Translations under genes and position numbers: made by a program
Shown here: one piece after another, positions 10,670 to 23,194 of the stretch
Position numbering within the stretch: position 1 is the first letter of the stretch
Layout: each line of letters opens with the position of its first letter
The notes under the pieces: model-generated
Seen by the model: the letters and a program-made list of their open reading frames with translations, nothing else
Told to the model about the DNA's origin: nothing
The model's database searches: none
Origin: Squalus acanthias
Taxonomy: Eukaryota
Length of the DNA stretch: 64,000 nucleotides
Assembly (NCBI GenBank): GCA_030390025.1
Contig: JASTWF010000088.1
Coordinates: 868,001-932,000 of the forward strand
Direction: 5' to 3'

Positions 10670-13600
10670 CCCCCCCGTGTCTCTCTATTCTCCCCCCCCC
10701 GTGTCTCTCTATTCCCCCCCCCGTGTCTCTCTATTCCCCCCCCCCGTGTCTCTCTATTCCCCCCCCCGTGTCTCTCTATTCCCCCCCCGTGTCTCTCTAT
10801 TCCCCCCCCCGTGTCTCTCTATTCCCCCCCCCGTGTCTCTCTATTCCCCCCCCGTGTCTCACTATTCCCCCCCCGTGTCTCACTATTCCCCCCCGTGTCT
10901 CTCTATTCCCCCACCCCGTGTCTCTCTATTCCCCCACCCTGTGTCCCTCTATTCCCCCCCGTGTCTCTCTATTCCCCCCCCGTATCTCTCTATTCCCCCC
11001 CCGTGTCTCTCTATTCCCCCCCCCCGTGTCTCTCTATTCCCCCCCCGTGTCTCTCTATTCCCCCCCCCCGTGTCTCTCTATTCCCCCCCCGTGTCTCTCT
11101 ATTCCCCCCCCAGTGTCTCTCTATTCCCCCCCGTGTCTCTCTATTCCCCCCCCGTGTCTCTCTATTCCCCCCCCGTGTCTCTCTATTCCCCCCCCGTGTC
11201 TCTCTATTCCCCCCCCGTGTCTCTCTATTCCCCCCCGTGTCTCTCTATTCCCCCCCGTGTCTCTCTATTCCCCCCCCGTGTCTCTCTATTCCCCCCCGTG
11301 TCTCTCTATTCCCCCCCGTGTCTCTCTATTCCCCCCCCCGTGTCTCTCTATTCCCCCCCCGTGTCTCTCTATTCCCCCCCCCCGTGTCTCTCTATTTCCC
11401 CCCCCGTGTCTCTCTATTCCCCCCCCGTGTCTCTCTATTCCCCCCCCGTGTCTCTCTATTCCCCCCCCCGTGTCTCTCTATTCCCCCCCCCGTGTCTCTC
11501 TATTCCCCCCCCGTGTCTCTCTATTCCCCCCCCGTGTCTCTCTATATATTCCCCCCCCCGTGTCTCTTTATTCCCCCCCCCGTGTCCCTCTATTCCCCCC
11601 CCGTGTCTCTCTATTCCTCCCCCGTGTCTCTCTATTCCACCGCCCCGTGTCTCTCTATTCCCCCCCCCGTGTCTCTCTATTCCCCCCCCCGTGTCTCTCT
11701 ATTTATTCCCCCCCGTGTCTCTTTATTCCCCCCCCGTGTCCCTCTATTCCCCCCCCCGTGTCTCTCTATTCCCCCCCCGTGTCTCTCTATTCCACCGCCC
11801 CGTGTCTCTCTATTCCCCCCCCCCCGTTTCTCTCTATTCCCCCCCCCGTGTCTCTCTATTCCCCCCCCCGTGTCTCTCTATTCCCCCCCCGTGTCTCTCT
11901 ATTCCCCCCCTCCGTGTCTCTCTATTCCCCCCCCCGTGTCTCTCTATTTCCCCCCCCCGTGTCTCTCTATTCCCCCCCCGTGTCTCTCTATTCCCCCCCC
12001 CGTGTCTCTCTATTCCCCCCCCGTGTCTCTCTATTCCCCCCCCGTGTCTCTCTATTCCCCCCCCCGTGTCTCTCTATTCCCCCCCCCGTGTCTCTCTATT
12101 TCCCCCCCCCGTGTCTCTCTATTCCCCCCCCCGTGTCTCTCTATTCCCCCCCCCGTTTCTCTCTAGTCCCCCCCCTGTCTCTCTATTCCCCCCCGTGTCT
12201 CTCTATTTCCCCCCCCCCGTGTCTCTCTATTCCCCCCCCGTGTCTCTCTATTCCCCCCCCGTGTCTCTCTATTCCCCCCAGTTCTCTATTCCCCCCCGTG
12301 TCTCTCTATTCCCCCCCGTGTCTCTCCCTATATCCCCCCCCGTGTCTCTCTATTCACCCCCCCGTGCTCTCTATTTATTCCCCCCCCGTGTCTCTCTATT
12401 CCCCCCCGTCTCTCTATTCCCCCTCCCGTGTCTCTCTATTCCCCCCCCGTGTCTCTCTATTCCCCCCCCCGTGTCTCTTATTCCCCCCACCGTGGTCTCT
12501 CTATTCCCCCCCCCCGTGTCTCTCTATTCCCCCCCCCGTGTCTCTCTATTCCCCCCCCCCCGTGTCTCTCTATTCCCCCCCCCCGTGTCTCTCTATTCCC
12601 CCCCCCGTGTCTCTCTATTCCCCCCCCCGTGTCTCTCTATTCCCCCCCCCGTGTCTCTCTATTCCCCCCCCGTGTCTCTCTATTCCCCCCCCGTGTCTCT
12701 CTATTCCCCCCCCGTGTCTCTCTATTCCCCCCCCCCGTGTCTCTCTATTCCCCCCCCCGTGTCTCTCTATTCCCCCCCCCGTGTCTCTCTATTCCCCCCC
12801 CGTGTCTCTCTATTCCCCCCCCGTGTCTCTCTATTCCCCCCCGTGTCTCTCTATTCCCCCCCCGTGTCTCTCTATTCCCCCCCCGTGTCTCTCTATTCCC
12901 CCCCCCGTGTCTCTCTATTCCCCCCGCGTGTCCCTCTATTCCCCCCCCCGTGTCTCTCTATTCCCCCCCCCGTGTCTCTCTATTCCCCCGCCCCGTGTCT
13001 CTCTATTCCCCCCCCCCCGTTTCTCTCTATTCCCCCCCCGTGTCTCTCTATTCCCCCCCCCGTGTCTCTCTATTCCCCCCCCGTGTCTCTCTATTCCCCC
13101 CCCGTGTGTCTCTATTCCGCCCCCCGTGTCTCTCTATTCCCCCCCCGTGTCTCTCTATTCCCCCCCCGTGTCTCTCTATTTCCCCCCCGTGTCTCTATTT
13201 CCCCCCCCGTGTCTCTCTATCCCCCCCACCGTGTCTCTCTATTCCCCCCCCGTGTCTCTCTATTCCCCCCCCGTGTCTCTCTATTCCCCCCCGTGTCTCT
13301 CTATTCCCCCCCCCATGTGTCTCTCTATTCCCCCCCCCCGTGTCTCTCTATTCCCCCCCCCATGTTTCTCTCTATTCCCCCCCCCGTGTCTCTCTATTCC
13401 CCCCCCGTGTCTCTCTATTCCCCCCCCCGTGTCTCTCTATTCCCCCCCCGTGTCTCTCTATTCCCCCCCCCATGTGTCTCTCTATTCCCCCCCCCGTGTC
13501 TCTCTATTCCCCCCCCCCGTGTCTCTCTATTCCCCCCCCCCGTGTCTCTCTATTCCCCCCCCGTGTCTCTCTATTCCCCCCCCCCGTGTCTTTTTCCCCC

Positions 13601-13846
13601 CCCCCATGTGTCTCTCTATTCCCCCCCCCGTGTCTCTCTATTCCCCCCCCGTGTCTCTCTATTCCCCCCCCCCGTGTCTCTCTATTCCCCCCCCGTGTCT
13701 CTCTATTCCCCCCCCCCATGTGTCTCTCTATTCCCCCCCCGTGTCTCTCTATTCCCCCCCGTGTTTCTCCATTCCCCCCGCCGTGTCTCTCTATTCCCCC
13801 CCCCCGTGTCTCTCTATTCCCCCCCCGTGTCTCTCTATTCCCCCCG
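10670..13846 (+). repeat. Intron 2 minisatellite GTGTCTCTCTATT(C)7-11, ~20-22 bp units, roughly 150 copies
   Basis: Direct inspection; fills nearly all of the 3250-bp intron. Confidence 0.97.
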
Positions 13847-13903
13847 GGTGGGCGGGGTCTCTGTGGGCCGGGCTGTGATTGGCTGTATGGTTTTGATTGA
13901 CAG

Positions 13904-14176
13904 GCCTCCACACGCTCCAGGTGATGTACGGCTGTGAGCTGCGGGTTGACGGCTCCACCGCCGGATTCTATCAGTATGGCTGGGATGGGAAGGATTTAAT
14001 CTTCTTCGACATGGATCATCTGGTGTGGGTCACCCCGGTAACATGGGGAGTGGTCAGCAAGAACAAGTGGGACCATGACAGGGCCAGACTCCAGCAGGTG
14101 AAGGTTTACCTGGAGCAGGTGTGCATCGAGTGGCTGAACAAATACCTGAAGGTCGAAGAGAGGGAACGGAGACTTG
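13904..14176 (+). CDS. MHC class I exon 3 (alpha2 domain)
   Basis: GACAG acceptor; GLHTLQVMYGCEL...YGWDGKD...SKNKWD...YLEQVCIEWLNKYL; C101/C164, K146, W147, Y159, Y171; 273 nt, phase 1/1. Confidence 0.97.
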
Positions 14177-16265
14177 GTGAGTGTGAGTGAGGGGGGGTGA
14201 GAGTGAGGTGGGGGGGAGGGCGAGAGTGAGTGGGGCCGACGGCGAGAGTGAGGGGGCCGAGGGCGAGAGTGGGTCGCGAGGGCGAGAGTGAGGGGGGGGC
14301 GAGAGTGAGGGGGGGGCGAGGGTGGGAGTAGCGAGAGTGAGGGGGGCGAGGGCGAGGGGGCCGAGGGCGAGAGTGGGTCGCGAGGGCGAGAGTGAGGGGG
14401 GGGGCCAGAGTGAGGGGGGGGGGCGAGGGTGGGAGTAGCGAGAGTGAGGGGGGCGTGCGCGAGAGTGAGGGGACCGAGGGCGAGAGTGGGTCGCGAGGGC
14501 GAGAGTGAGGGGGGGGCGAGAGTGAGGGGCGGGCGAGGGTGGGAGTAGCGAGAGTGAGGGGGGCGAGGTCGAGGGGGGGCGAGAGTGAGGGGGGCCGAGG
14601 GCGAGAGTGAGGGGGGCCGAGGGCGAGAGTGAGGGGGGCCGAGGGCGAGCGTGAGGAGGGCGAGAGTGAGGGGGCCGAGGGCGAGAGTGAGTGGGTCGCG
14701 AGGGCGAGAGTGAGGGGGGGCGAGGGCGAGAGGGGAGTGGCGAGGGTGGGAGTAGCTAGAGCGAGGGGGTCGAGGGTGGGGAGGGCGAGAGTGAGGGGGG
14801 GCGAGGGCGAGAGTGAGGGGGGGCAAGAGTGAGGGGGGCGAGGGCGAGAGTGAGGGGGGGCGCGGGTGAGGGCGGGGGGGCGAGGGCGAGAGTGAGGGGG
14901 GCGAGGGCGAGAGTGAGGGGGGCGAGGGCGAGACTGAGGGGGCGAGGGCGAGAGTGAGGGGGCGAGGGCGAGAGTGAGGGGGCGAGGGCGAGAGTGGGGG
15001 GGCGAGGGCGTGGGATGGGGAGTGAGGCGGAGGGGGAGTGAGAGAGTGAGGGAGAGAGTGAGAGTGAGAGTGAGGGGGAGAGGGGGAGAGAGTGAGAGTG
15101 AGGGGGAGAGAGAGAGGGGGAGTGAGGGGGGGGAGAGAGAGAGTGAGGGGAGAGAGAGAGTGAGGGGGAGAGAGAGAGTGAGGGAGAGAGAGTGAGAGTG
15201 AGGGGGGAGTGAGAGGGGGAGGGAGAGAGAGGGAGGGGGGGAAGAGTGGGGGGGGAAGAGTGTGAGTGAGGGGGGAAGAGTGTGAGTGAGGGGGAAGAGA
15301 GTGAGTGAGGGGGAGAGAGGAGGGAAGAGGGAGGAGAGCAGTGAGAGTAGGGGGGGTGAGTGAGGGGGAAGAGAGTGAGTGAGGGGGAAGAGAGTGAGTG
15401 GGGGGGAGAGAGGAGGGAAGAGGGAGGAGAGCAGAGAGAGTAGGGGGAGTGAGTGAGGGGGTGGAAGAGTGAGTGAGGGGGGGAAGAGTGAGTGAGGGGG
15501 GGAAGAGTGAGTGAGGGGGGAAGAGTGAGTGAGGGGGGGAAGAGTGAGTGAGGGGGGGGAAGAGTGAGTGAGGGGGGGAAGAGTGAGTGAGGGGGGAAGA
15601 GTGAGTGAGGGGGGGAAGAGTGAGTGAGGGGATGTGAGTGAGGGGGGGAAGAGTGAGTGAGGGGGAAGAGTGTGAGGGGGAAGAGTGTGAGTGAGGGGGG
15701 GAAGAGTGAGTGAGGGGGGATAGGGAGTGGGGAGAGTGAGTGAGGGGGGATAGAGAGTGAGTGAGTGGGGATAGAGAGTGGGGAGAGTGAGTGAGGGGGA
15801 TAACGAGTGAGTGAGGGGGGTAGAGAGTGGGGAGAGTGAGTGAGGGGGATAGAGAGTGAGTGAGGGGGGATAGAGAGTGGGGAGAGTGAGTGAGGGGGGA
15901 TAGAGAGTGAGTGAGTGGGGATAGAGAGTGGGGAGAGTGAGTGAGGGGGGATAGCGAGTGAGTGAGAGGGGTAGAGAGTGGGGAGAGTGAGTGAGGGGGA
16001 TAGAGAGTGAGTGAGGGGGGATAGAGAGTGGGGAGAGTGAGTGAGGGGGATAGAGAGTGAGTGAGGGGGGATAGAGAGTGGGGAGAGTGAGTGAGGGGGA
16101 TAGAGAGTGGGGGGAGGGAGTGAGGGGGATAGAGAGTGGGGGGAGGGAGTGAGAGTGAGGAGGTGGAGGGGAAGCGAGGGAGGGGGTGGAGGGAGAGCGA
16201 GTGTGTGTGTGGAGGGGAGAGGGGGGAGTGTGTGGAGGGGAGAGGGGGGAGAGTGTGGAGGGGGG
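14177..16265 (+). repeat. Purine/G-rich compound minisatellite at start of intron 3
   Basis: Successive unit types GGCGAGAGTGAGGGGG, GAAGAGTGAGTGAGGGGG and GGGGATAGAGAGTGAGTGA. Confidence 0.95.
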
Positions 16266-16269
16266 CTGA

Positions 16270-18390
16270 CTGAGAGTCATTTCTGCAGCTACCAATCTGC
16301 TCAGCCATACCCTCACCACCACCTTTGATGCCCCAGTCTCCACTGAAACCATTACTCTCTCTCACCCTGGCCTTTCCCTCGGTACGGCCCTCATCTTCGC
16401 TCTCGAAGTCCAAGGGGTGCAGACTTGAACGGATGTGGCAGACAACTGGTTTAGCCGTTCACTACCACATCTGGCTGGACCCACAAAAAGAATTATCGGG
16501 TCCCTGCTTTCGTCTGCCAAAACTGCTCACTATTCCAGAATCATCCTGGAATGCAAAGATCACCCCCGGCTTCTTTTCTCTACTGCAAACCGTCTTCTTA
16601 AACCCCTCTTCCCTGTGTCCTGCACCCTCACCTCCAACAACAGGAGCGAGGAGCTCACGGACATCTTTGTCACTAAGATTGATACACTCCGATCATCTGC
16701 CTCTGCCACTTCCCGAACCCCACCGGGCCAAATTGCGTCTAAGGTTCCCCCCGCCCTAGCCCTGAACTTGCATCTTTCTGTAGTATCTCTCCTATCTCCC
16801 CTCATGCCCTCTCTGAGCTCATCTTGTCCATGAGACCTACCTCCTGCTCCCTCAACCCTATTCCCACTAAACTGCTGACCACCCAACTTCCCTTCCTGGC
16901 TCCCATGTTAGCTGATATTGTTAATTGTTTTCTCTCCTTGGGTACTGTCCCCCTCTCCCTCAAATCTGCCGTCATCACCCCTCAAAAAAAAACAACCCTT
17001 GACTCCTCCATCCTTGCAAACTATCGCCCCATCTCCAACCTCCCTTTCCTCAAGTCCTTGAACGTGTTGTCGCCTCCCAAATCTGTGCCCATCTTTCCCG
17101 GAACTCCATGTTTGAATTCCTCCAATCCGGCTTCTGTCCCTGCCACAGTACTGAAACGGCTCTTATCAAGGTCACAGGTGACATCCTATGTGACTGTGAC
17201 AAAGGTAAATTATCCCTTCTCGTCCTTCTCGACCGGTCTGCAGCCCTTGACACGGTTGACTACTCCATCCTCCTCAACGTCTCTCCACTGTCATCCAGCT
17301 GGGTGGGACTGCACTCGCCGGTCACATTCTTATCTATCTAATCATAGCCAGAGAATCAATTGCAATGGCTTCTCTTCCTGCTCCTGCACCGTTACCTCAG
17401 GTGTTCCCCAAGGATCTATCCTTGGCCCCCACCGATTTCTCATCCACTTGCTGCCCCTCGGCGACATCATCCGAAAACACAGCGTTAGTTTCCACATGTA
17501 CGCTGATGACACTCAGCTCTACCTCCACTTCTCTCGACCCCTTCATGTCTCTGAATTGTCAGACTGCTTGTCCGACACCTAGTACTGGATGAACAGAAAT
17601 TTCCTCCAACTAAATATTGGGAAGATCGAAGCCATTGTCTTCGGTCCCCGCCACAAACTCCGATCCCTAGCCACCGGCTCCATCCCTCTCCCTGGCAACT
17701 GTCTGAGGCTGAACCAGACTGTTCGCAACTTTCTCATATTTGACCTCGAGATGAGCATCCGACCACATATCCGCGCCATCGCTAAGACCGCCAGTTTTCA
17801 TCACCGGAACATCGCTCGACTCCACCCCTGCCTCAGCTCCTCTCCTGCTGCACCTCATCAATGCCTTTGTTATCTTTAGACTTGACTATTCCAACCCACT
17901 CCTGGCCGAACTCCCACGTTCCACCCTACTTGAGGTCATCCAAAACTCTGCTGCCCGTGTCCTAACTTGCACCAAATCCTGTTCTCTCATCACCCCTGTG
18001 CTCGCTGACCTACATTGGCTTCCGGTTAAGCAACACCTCCATTATAAAATTCTCCTCCATGTTTTCAAATCCCACCATAGCCTTGCCCCTCGCTATCTCT
18101 GTAATTTCCTTCAGCTCCACAACCCTCCGAGATAGCTGCGCTCCTCTAATTCTAGCCTCTTGAACGTCACTCCACCATTGGTGGCCATGCCTTCACCTGC
18201 AAGGCCCTAGGCTCTGGCATTCCCTCCCTAAATATCTCTCTCTGCCTCTCTACCTCTTTCCTCCTTAAGACACTCCTTAAAACTTACATCTCTGCCCTAA
18301 TATCTCCTTATGCAGCTCGGTGTCAAATTTTGTTTTACAATGCTCCTGTGAAGAGTTTTACTACATTAAAGACGCTATATAAATACAAGT
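16270..18390 (+). mobile_element. L2-clade LINE, degenerate RT region and 3' end
   Basis: [48 protein letters not shown] motifs in frameshifted ORFs. Confidence 0.9.
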
Positions 18391-19315
18391 TGGTATTGAT
18401 GTTGGTTGGTGAAGGGGGTGGGACAACGATGACTGAGAGTCGGTGGTCCAATCCCCAGTTTAAAGGCGTATATACCGTTCCCTGGGGTCGGGGGTCTCAT
18501 AAGAACATAAGAAATAGGAGCAGGAGTCGGCCATTCGGCCCTTCGAGCCTGCTCCGCCATTCAGTAAGATCATGGCTGATCTTCCACCTCAACTCCACTT
18601 TCCTGCACTAACCCATATCCCTTGATTCCCTTAGTATCCAAAAATCTATCAATCTCTGCCTTGAATATACTCAACGACTGAGCCTCCACAGCCCTCTGGG
18701 GTAAAGAATACCAGAGATTTACCACCCTCTGAGTGAAGAAATTTCTCCTCATCTCAGTCCTAAATGGCCGACCCCTTATTCTGAGACTGACCCCTGGTTC
18801 TAGATTCTCCAGCCAGGGGAAACATCGTCCCTGCATCTACCCTGTCGAGCCCTGTAAGAATTTTTTATGTTTCAACGCGATCACCTCTTATTCTTCTAAA
18901 CTCTAGAGAATATAGGCCTAGTCTACTCAATCTCTCTTCATAGGACAATTCCCCCCCCATCCAGGAAGCAGTCTGGCGAACCCTCTATCACAAGTATATC
19001 CTTCCTTAGGTAAGGAGATCAAAACTGTACACAATACTCCAGGTATTTACTCTTATACTCAAATCCACTTGTAATAAAGGCCGACATACTATTTGCTTTT
19101 CTAATTACTTGCTGTACCTGCATGTTAACTTTCAGTGATTCGTGTACAAGGACTCCCAGGTCCCTCTGAACACCAACATTTCTCAATCTCACCGTTTAAA
19201 AAATACCTCCTTGCATCCTCCTCACAACTTACATTCCCACCTGGCTTTGTACCATCAGCAAACTTGGATATATTACATTTGGTCCCCTCATCCAAATCAT
19301 TGATATAGATTATAA

Positions 19316-19395
19316 ATGTGAGAAGTCGCACAACACCAGGTTATAGTCCAACAGCTTTCTTTGAAATCACAAGCTTTCGGAGCGCTGCTCCTTCC
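19316..19395. mobile_element. Penelope-like pLTR fragment
   Basis: Near-identical to the left arm of the hairpin element at 61133-61214. Confidence 0.65.
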
Positions 19396-19963
19396 TGACA
19401 CCTTATCGAATGTCTTCTGAAAATCCAAATACACCACATCCACTGGTTCCCCCTTATCTATCCTGCTAGTTACAACCTCAAAAAACTCTAACAGATTTGT
19501 CAAACACGATTTCCCTTTCATAAATCCGTGTTGACTCTGCCCAATTCTATTATTATTTTCTAAGTGCCCTGTTACCACGTCCTTTAATAATAGATTCTAG
19601 CATTTTTCCCTACTACTGATGTCAGGCTAACTGGTCTGTAGTTCCCAGTTTTCTCTCTCCCTCCTTTCTTAAATAGTGGGGTTACATTTGCTACCTTCCA
19701 ATCCATGGGAACCGTTCTAGAATCTATGGAATTTTGGAAGATGACAACCAATGCATCCACTATCTCTATAGCCATCTCTTTTAAAACCCTAGGATGCAGG
19801 CTATCAGGGCCAGGGGATTTATCGGCTTTCAGTCCCATTAATTTCCACAGTACTATTTCCTTATTAATACTAATTTCTTTCAGTTCCTCATTCTCACTAG
19901 ACCCTTGATTCTCCACTATTTTGGAATGTTTTTTGCGTCTTCTTCCGTGAAGACAGACACAAA

Positions 19964-20711
19964 GGCCTAGAAATTCAGTAGCGCTCCGGGCGTTTTGAGG
20001 CGCTAGCAGTCACGAGCCGGGACTTTCTGCGCCAGGCGCTGAAATTGAGGTTACCGCAACCGACAGGAAGCGAGCTCCGCTTCCTGTCGGGGGAGGCATC
20101 GGGGGAACACGCTAACCTCAATTTCGCAACACTACGCGGTGGGACACCTAGTGCTGGCATGAGGCTTCTGCTATATCTTCGCCTCGATTAAAGGGGAGGG
20201 CGAAGATATAGCAGAGGTGGCCGGAGATCAGCCGCCTCACTACACACCAGGGACCCGGGGCCCTGTTGGCGCAACCCAGCACGCAAGCGCAATGCCGGGC
20301 TGCAAGATGGAGTGACGGCCCCGGCAACAAGTACAGAGGCCGTGGCTGGTAAGTCAGCCATTTAAAAAAAAAAAACTGCCCTCCCCATTAACTAGTGCCC
20401 CGCGATCTCTGCAGTGCTGGGAACGCGCCCTGGGAAGCTGGCACTGTAATTGCCCGGCGCAGCTTCCCGGGGCGCTACTGAATTTCGCCTCCGGGGCGAA
20501 AACGGGTTGCTGCGCACGGTGATGACGTCATCCCTGGCAGCGCAGCAGCCCGGGGCACAACCGGCAGGGGTGCAGCGCTAACGGCTAGCACCCCCGCTGA
20601 ATTTCGTGAGGGTCACTTTTTTCGCCGCGCCCTGGTGTAATCCAGTTTGCTCCCCGTTAACGCCCCCTGGGCATGCTAACGGGAGGCACAAACGACCTGA
20701 ATTTCGCCCTC
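19964..20711. mobile_element. Non-autonomous Harbinger element (MITE, 748 bp)
   Basis: Imperfect TIRs GGCCTAGAAATTCAG / CTGAATTTCGCCCTC, TSD AAA, GCGCTA subterminal motifs; the CR1 sequence rejoins when it is removed. Confidence 0.8.
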
Positions 20712-21551
20712 AAAGTATTTGTTTAATTTCTTTGCCATTTCCTTATTCCCCATTATAATTTCTCCTGTCTCAGCCTGTGAGGGACCCACATTTATTTTCG
20801 CTAATCTTTTCTTTTGTACATACCTATAGAAGCTTATACAGTCTGTTTTTATGTCTCTCGCTAGTTTACTTTCATATTCTATTTTCCATTTCTTTATCAA
20901 TTTCTTGGTCCTCCTTTGCTGAATTCTAAAATCCTCCCAATCCTCAGGCTTACTACTCTTTTTGGCAACATTATAAGCCTCTTCCTTTGATCCAATACTA
21001 TCTTTAACTTCTCTTGTCAGCCACAGGTGAACCATTTTTCCCGTGGTGGTTTTATTCCTTAATGGAATGTATATTCGTTGCGAATTATGAATTATTTCTT
21101 CAAATGTTTGCCATTGCTTTTCTACTGTCATATTTTAATCTAGTTTCCCAATCTTCCTTAGCCAACTCGCCTCTCATACCTACGTAGTTTGCGTTGTTCA
21201 GATTTAGGACCCTAGTTTCAGACTTAACGAAATCACTCAAACGCTACATAAAATTCTATCATATTATGATCACTGCTCCCCAGAGGCTCCTTTACTACAA
21301 GGTTATTAATTAACCCTGTCTCATTGCACAATACTAGATCTAAAATAGCCAATTCCCTGGTAGGTTCCTCGATATACTGATCTAGAAAACGAACTTGAAT
21401 GCATTCCATGAACTCTTCCTCTGCGCTATTACTGCAAATTTGGTTTGCCCAGTCTATGAAAGTTAAAGTCCCCCATCATTACTGTATTACCCCTGTTATA
21501 TGCATCTCTAATTTCCTGATTTATATTCTGCCCGACACTGTAACTACTGTT

Positions 21552-22668
21552 ACATAAGAACATAAGACGTAGGAACAGGAGTAGGTCATTAGGCCCCTCG
21601 AGCCTGCTCCGCCATTCAATAAGATCATGGCTGATCTGATCTTGGCCTCAACTCCACTTCCCTGCCTGCTCCCCATAACCCTTGACTCCCTTATCGTTCA
21701 AAAATCTGTCTATCTCCACCTTAAATATATTCAATGACCCAGCCTCCACAGCTCTCTGGGGAAGAGAATTCCAAAGATTCACGACCCTCTGAGAGAAGAA
21801 ATTCCTCCTCATTTCCGATTTAAAAGGGTGCCCCCTTATTCTGAAATTATGCCCCCTAGTTCTAGATTCCCCCAAGAGGGGAAACATCCTCTCTGCATCT
21901 ACCCTGTCAAGCCCCTTCAGAATCTTCTGTTTCAATAAGATCCCCTCTCATTCTTCTAAACGCCAATGAGTATAGGCCCAACCTGCTCAACCTTTCTTCA
22001 TAAGATAACCCCTTCATCTCCGGAATCAACCTCGTGAACCTTCTCTGAACTGCCTCTAATGCAAGTATATCCTTCCTTAAATAAGGAGACCAAAACTGTA
22101 CGCGGTACTCCAGGTGTGGTCTCACCAACGCCCTGTACAGTTGTAACAGGACTTCCCTACTTTTATACTCCATTCCCTTTGCAATAAAGGCCAACACTCC
22201 ATTTGCCTTCCTAATTACTTGCTGTACCTGCATGCTAACTTTTTGTGATTCATGTACAAGGACCCCCAGATCCCTCTGTACCTCGGCATTTTGTAATCTC
22301 TCCCCATTTAAATAATAATTTGCTTTTTTATTTTTCCTACCAAAGTGGATAACCTCGCATTTTCCCACATTAAACTCTATCTGTCAGATTTTTGGCCACT
22401 CACTTAGCCTATCTATATCCCTTTGGAGATTCTTTGCGTCCTCCACACAATTTGCTTTCCCACCTATCTTTGTATCATCAGCAAATTTGGCTACATTACA
22501 CTCAGTCCCTTCATCCAAATTATTAATATGGATTGTAAATAGTTGAGGTCCCAGCACTGATCCCTGTGGAACCCCACTAGTTACAGTTTGCCAACCTGAA
22601 AATGACCCATTTATCTCGACTCTCTGTTTTCTGTTAGTTAGCCAATCCTCTATCCATGCTAATATATT
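21552..22668 (-). mobile_element. CR1 LINE 3' fragment
   Basis: ORFs 21648-21935 and 21907-22368 (KCEVIHFG, LVRPHLEY, RRMRGDLIE). Confidence 0.9.
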
Positions 22669-23194
22669 AGAGTCATAGGGGTAAAAATTCAGTTGGTTGC
22701 GCCTCCCGTTAGCGCCTTAAGAGGGCGCTAATGGGGCGCAAAGCCGCTAACGCCCGGGCGCAGCGATGTTTGCGCCGCTCGAGAACTTAACTTGAGATTG
22801 TGCGGCGGCGCTAAAACTTACCGCTGCAACCACCTGCGCGCGCAGATTGTGACGTCATTCCATGGTGCAACGCCCTTGTGGCGCCCCGGAGCGGAAATTG
22901 AGTGGCGCCCCCTGCCTTACCGCCTGGCGCTTCCAACGACCGGAAGACTGGAACGCTATCAATCGCTGTGGGGCTGGGGGGGGGGCGCTATTTAAAGGGG
23001 GCCTCTTCCTGTCTTTTTCTGTGGTCGACATTTATGCACCACTCGTTCTGAGAGAGAGAGAGAGATTCGGAGAGAGAGAGAGAGAGAGAGACTTCTACAT
23101 TGACGCAACGCTTTGTGAGGTAGTTTTGCCTATTGATCCTAACTTTGCTGCTACTTTAGTTGCTGTCCCTCATTACTTTGCTTGCAAAGAGAAT

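Larger units (their letters stand above)
18498..21550 (-). mobile_element. CR1 LINE, degenerate, internally deleted; hosts a Harbinger MITE and a Penelope fragment
   Basis: CATAAGAA tail repeat at 18498; ORF fragments QHGFMKGKSCLTNLLEFF, KSPGPDSLHPRVLKE, NYRPVSLTSVV. Confidence 0.88.

Noticed and set aside
10374-13937. 1187-aa alpha1 plus Pro-rich ORF and overlapping 1074/490/451-aa ORFs
   Set aside because: Product of a stop-poor minisatellite. A canonical donor lies at 10654, and TGA at 13894-13896 blocks in-frame fusion to alpha2.
13996-16413. 805- and 748-aa minus-strand ORFs
   Set aside because: Low-complexity translations of the G-rich intron 3 repeat
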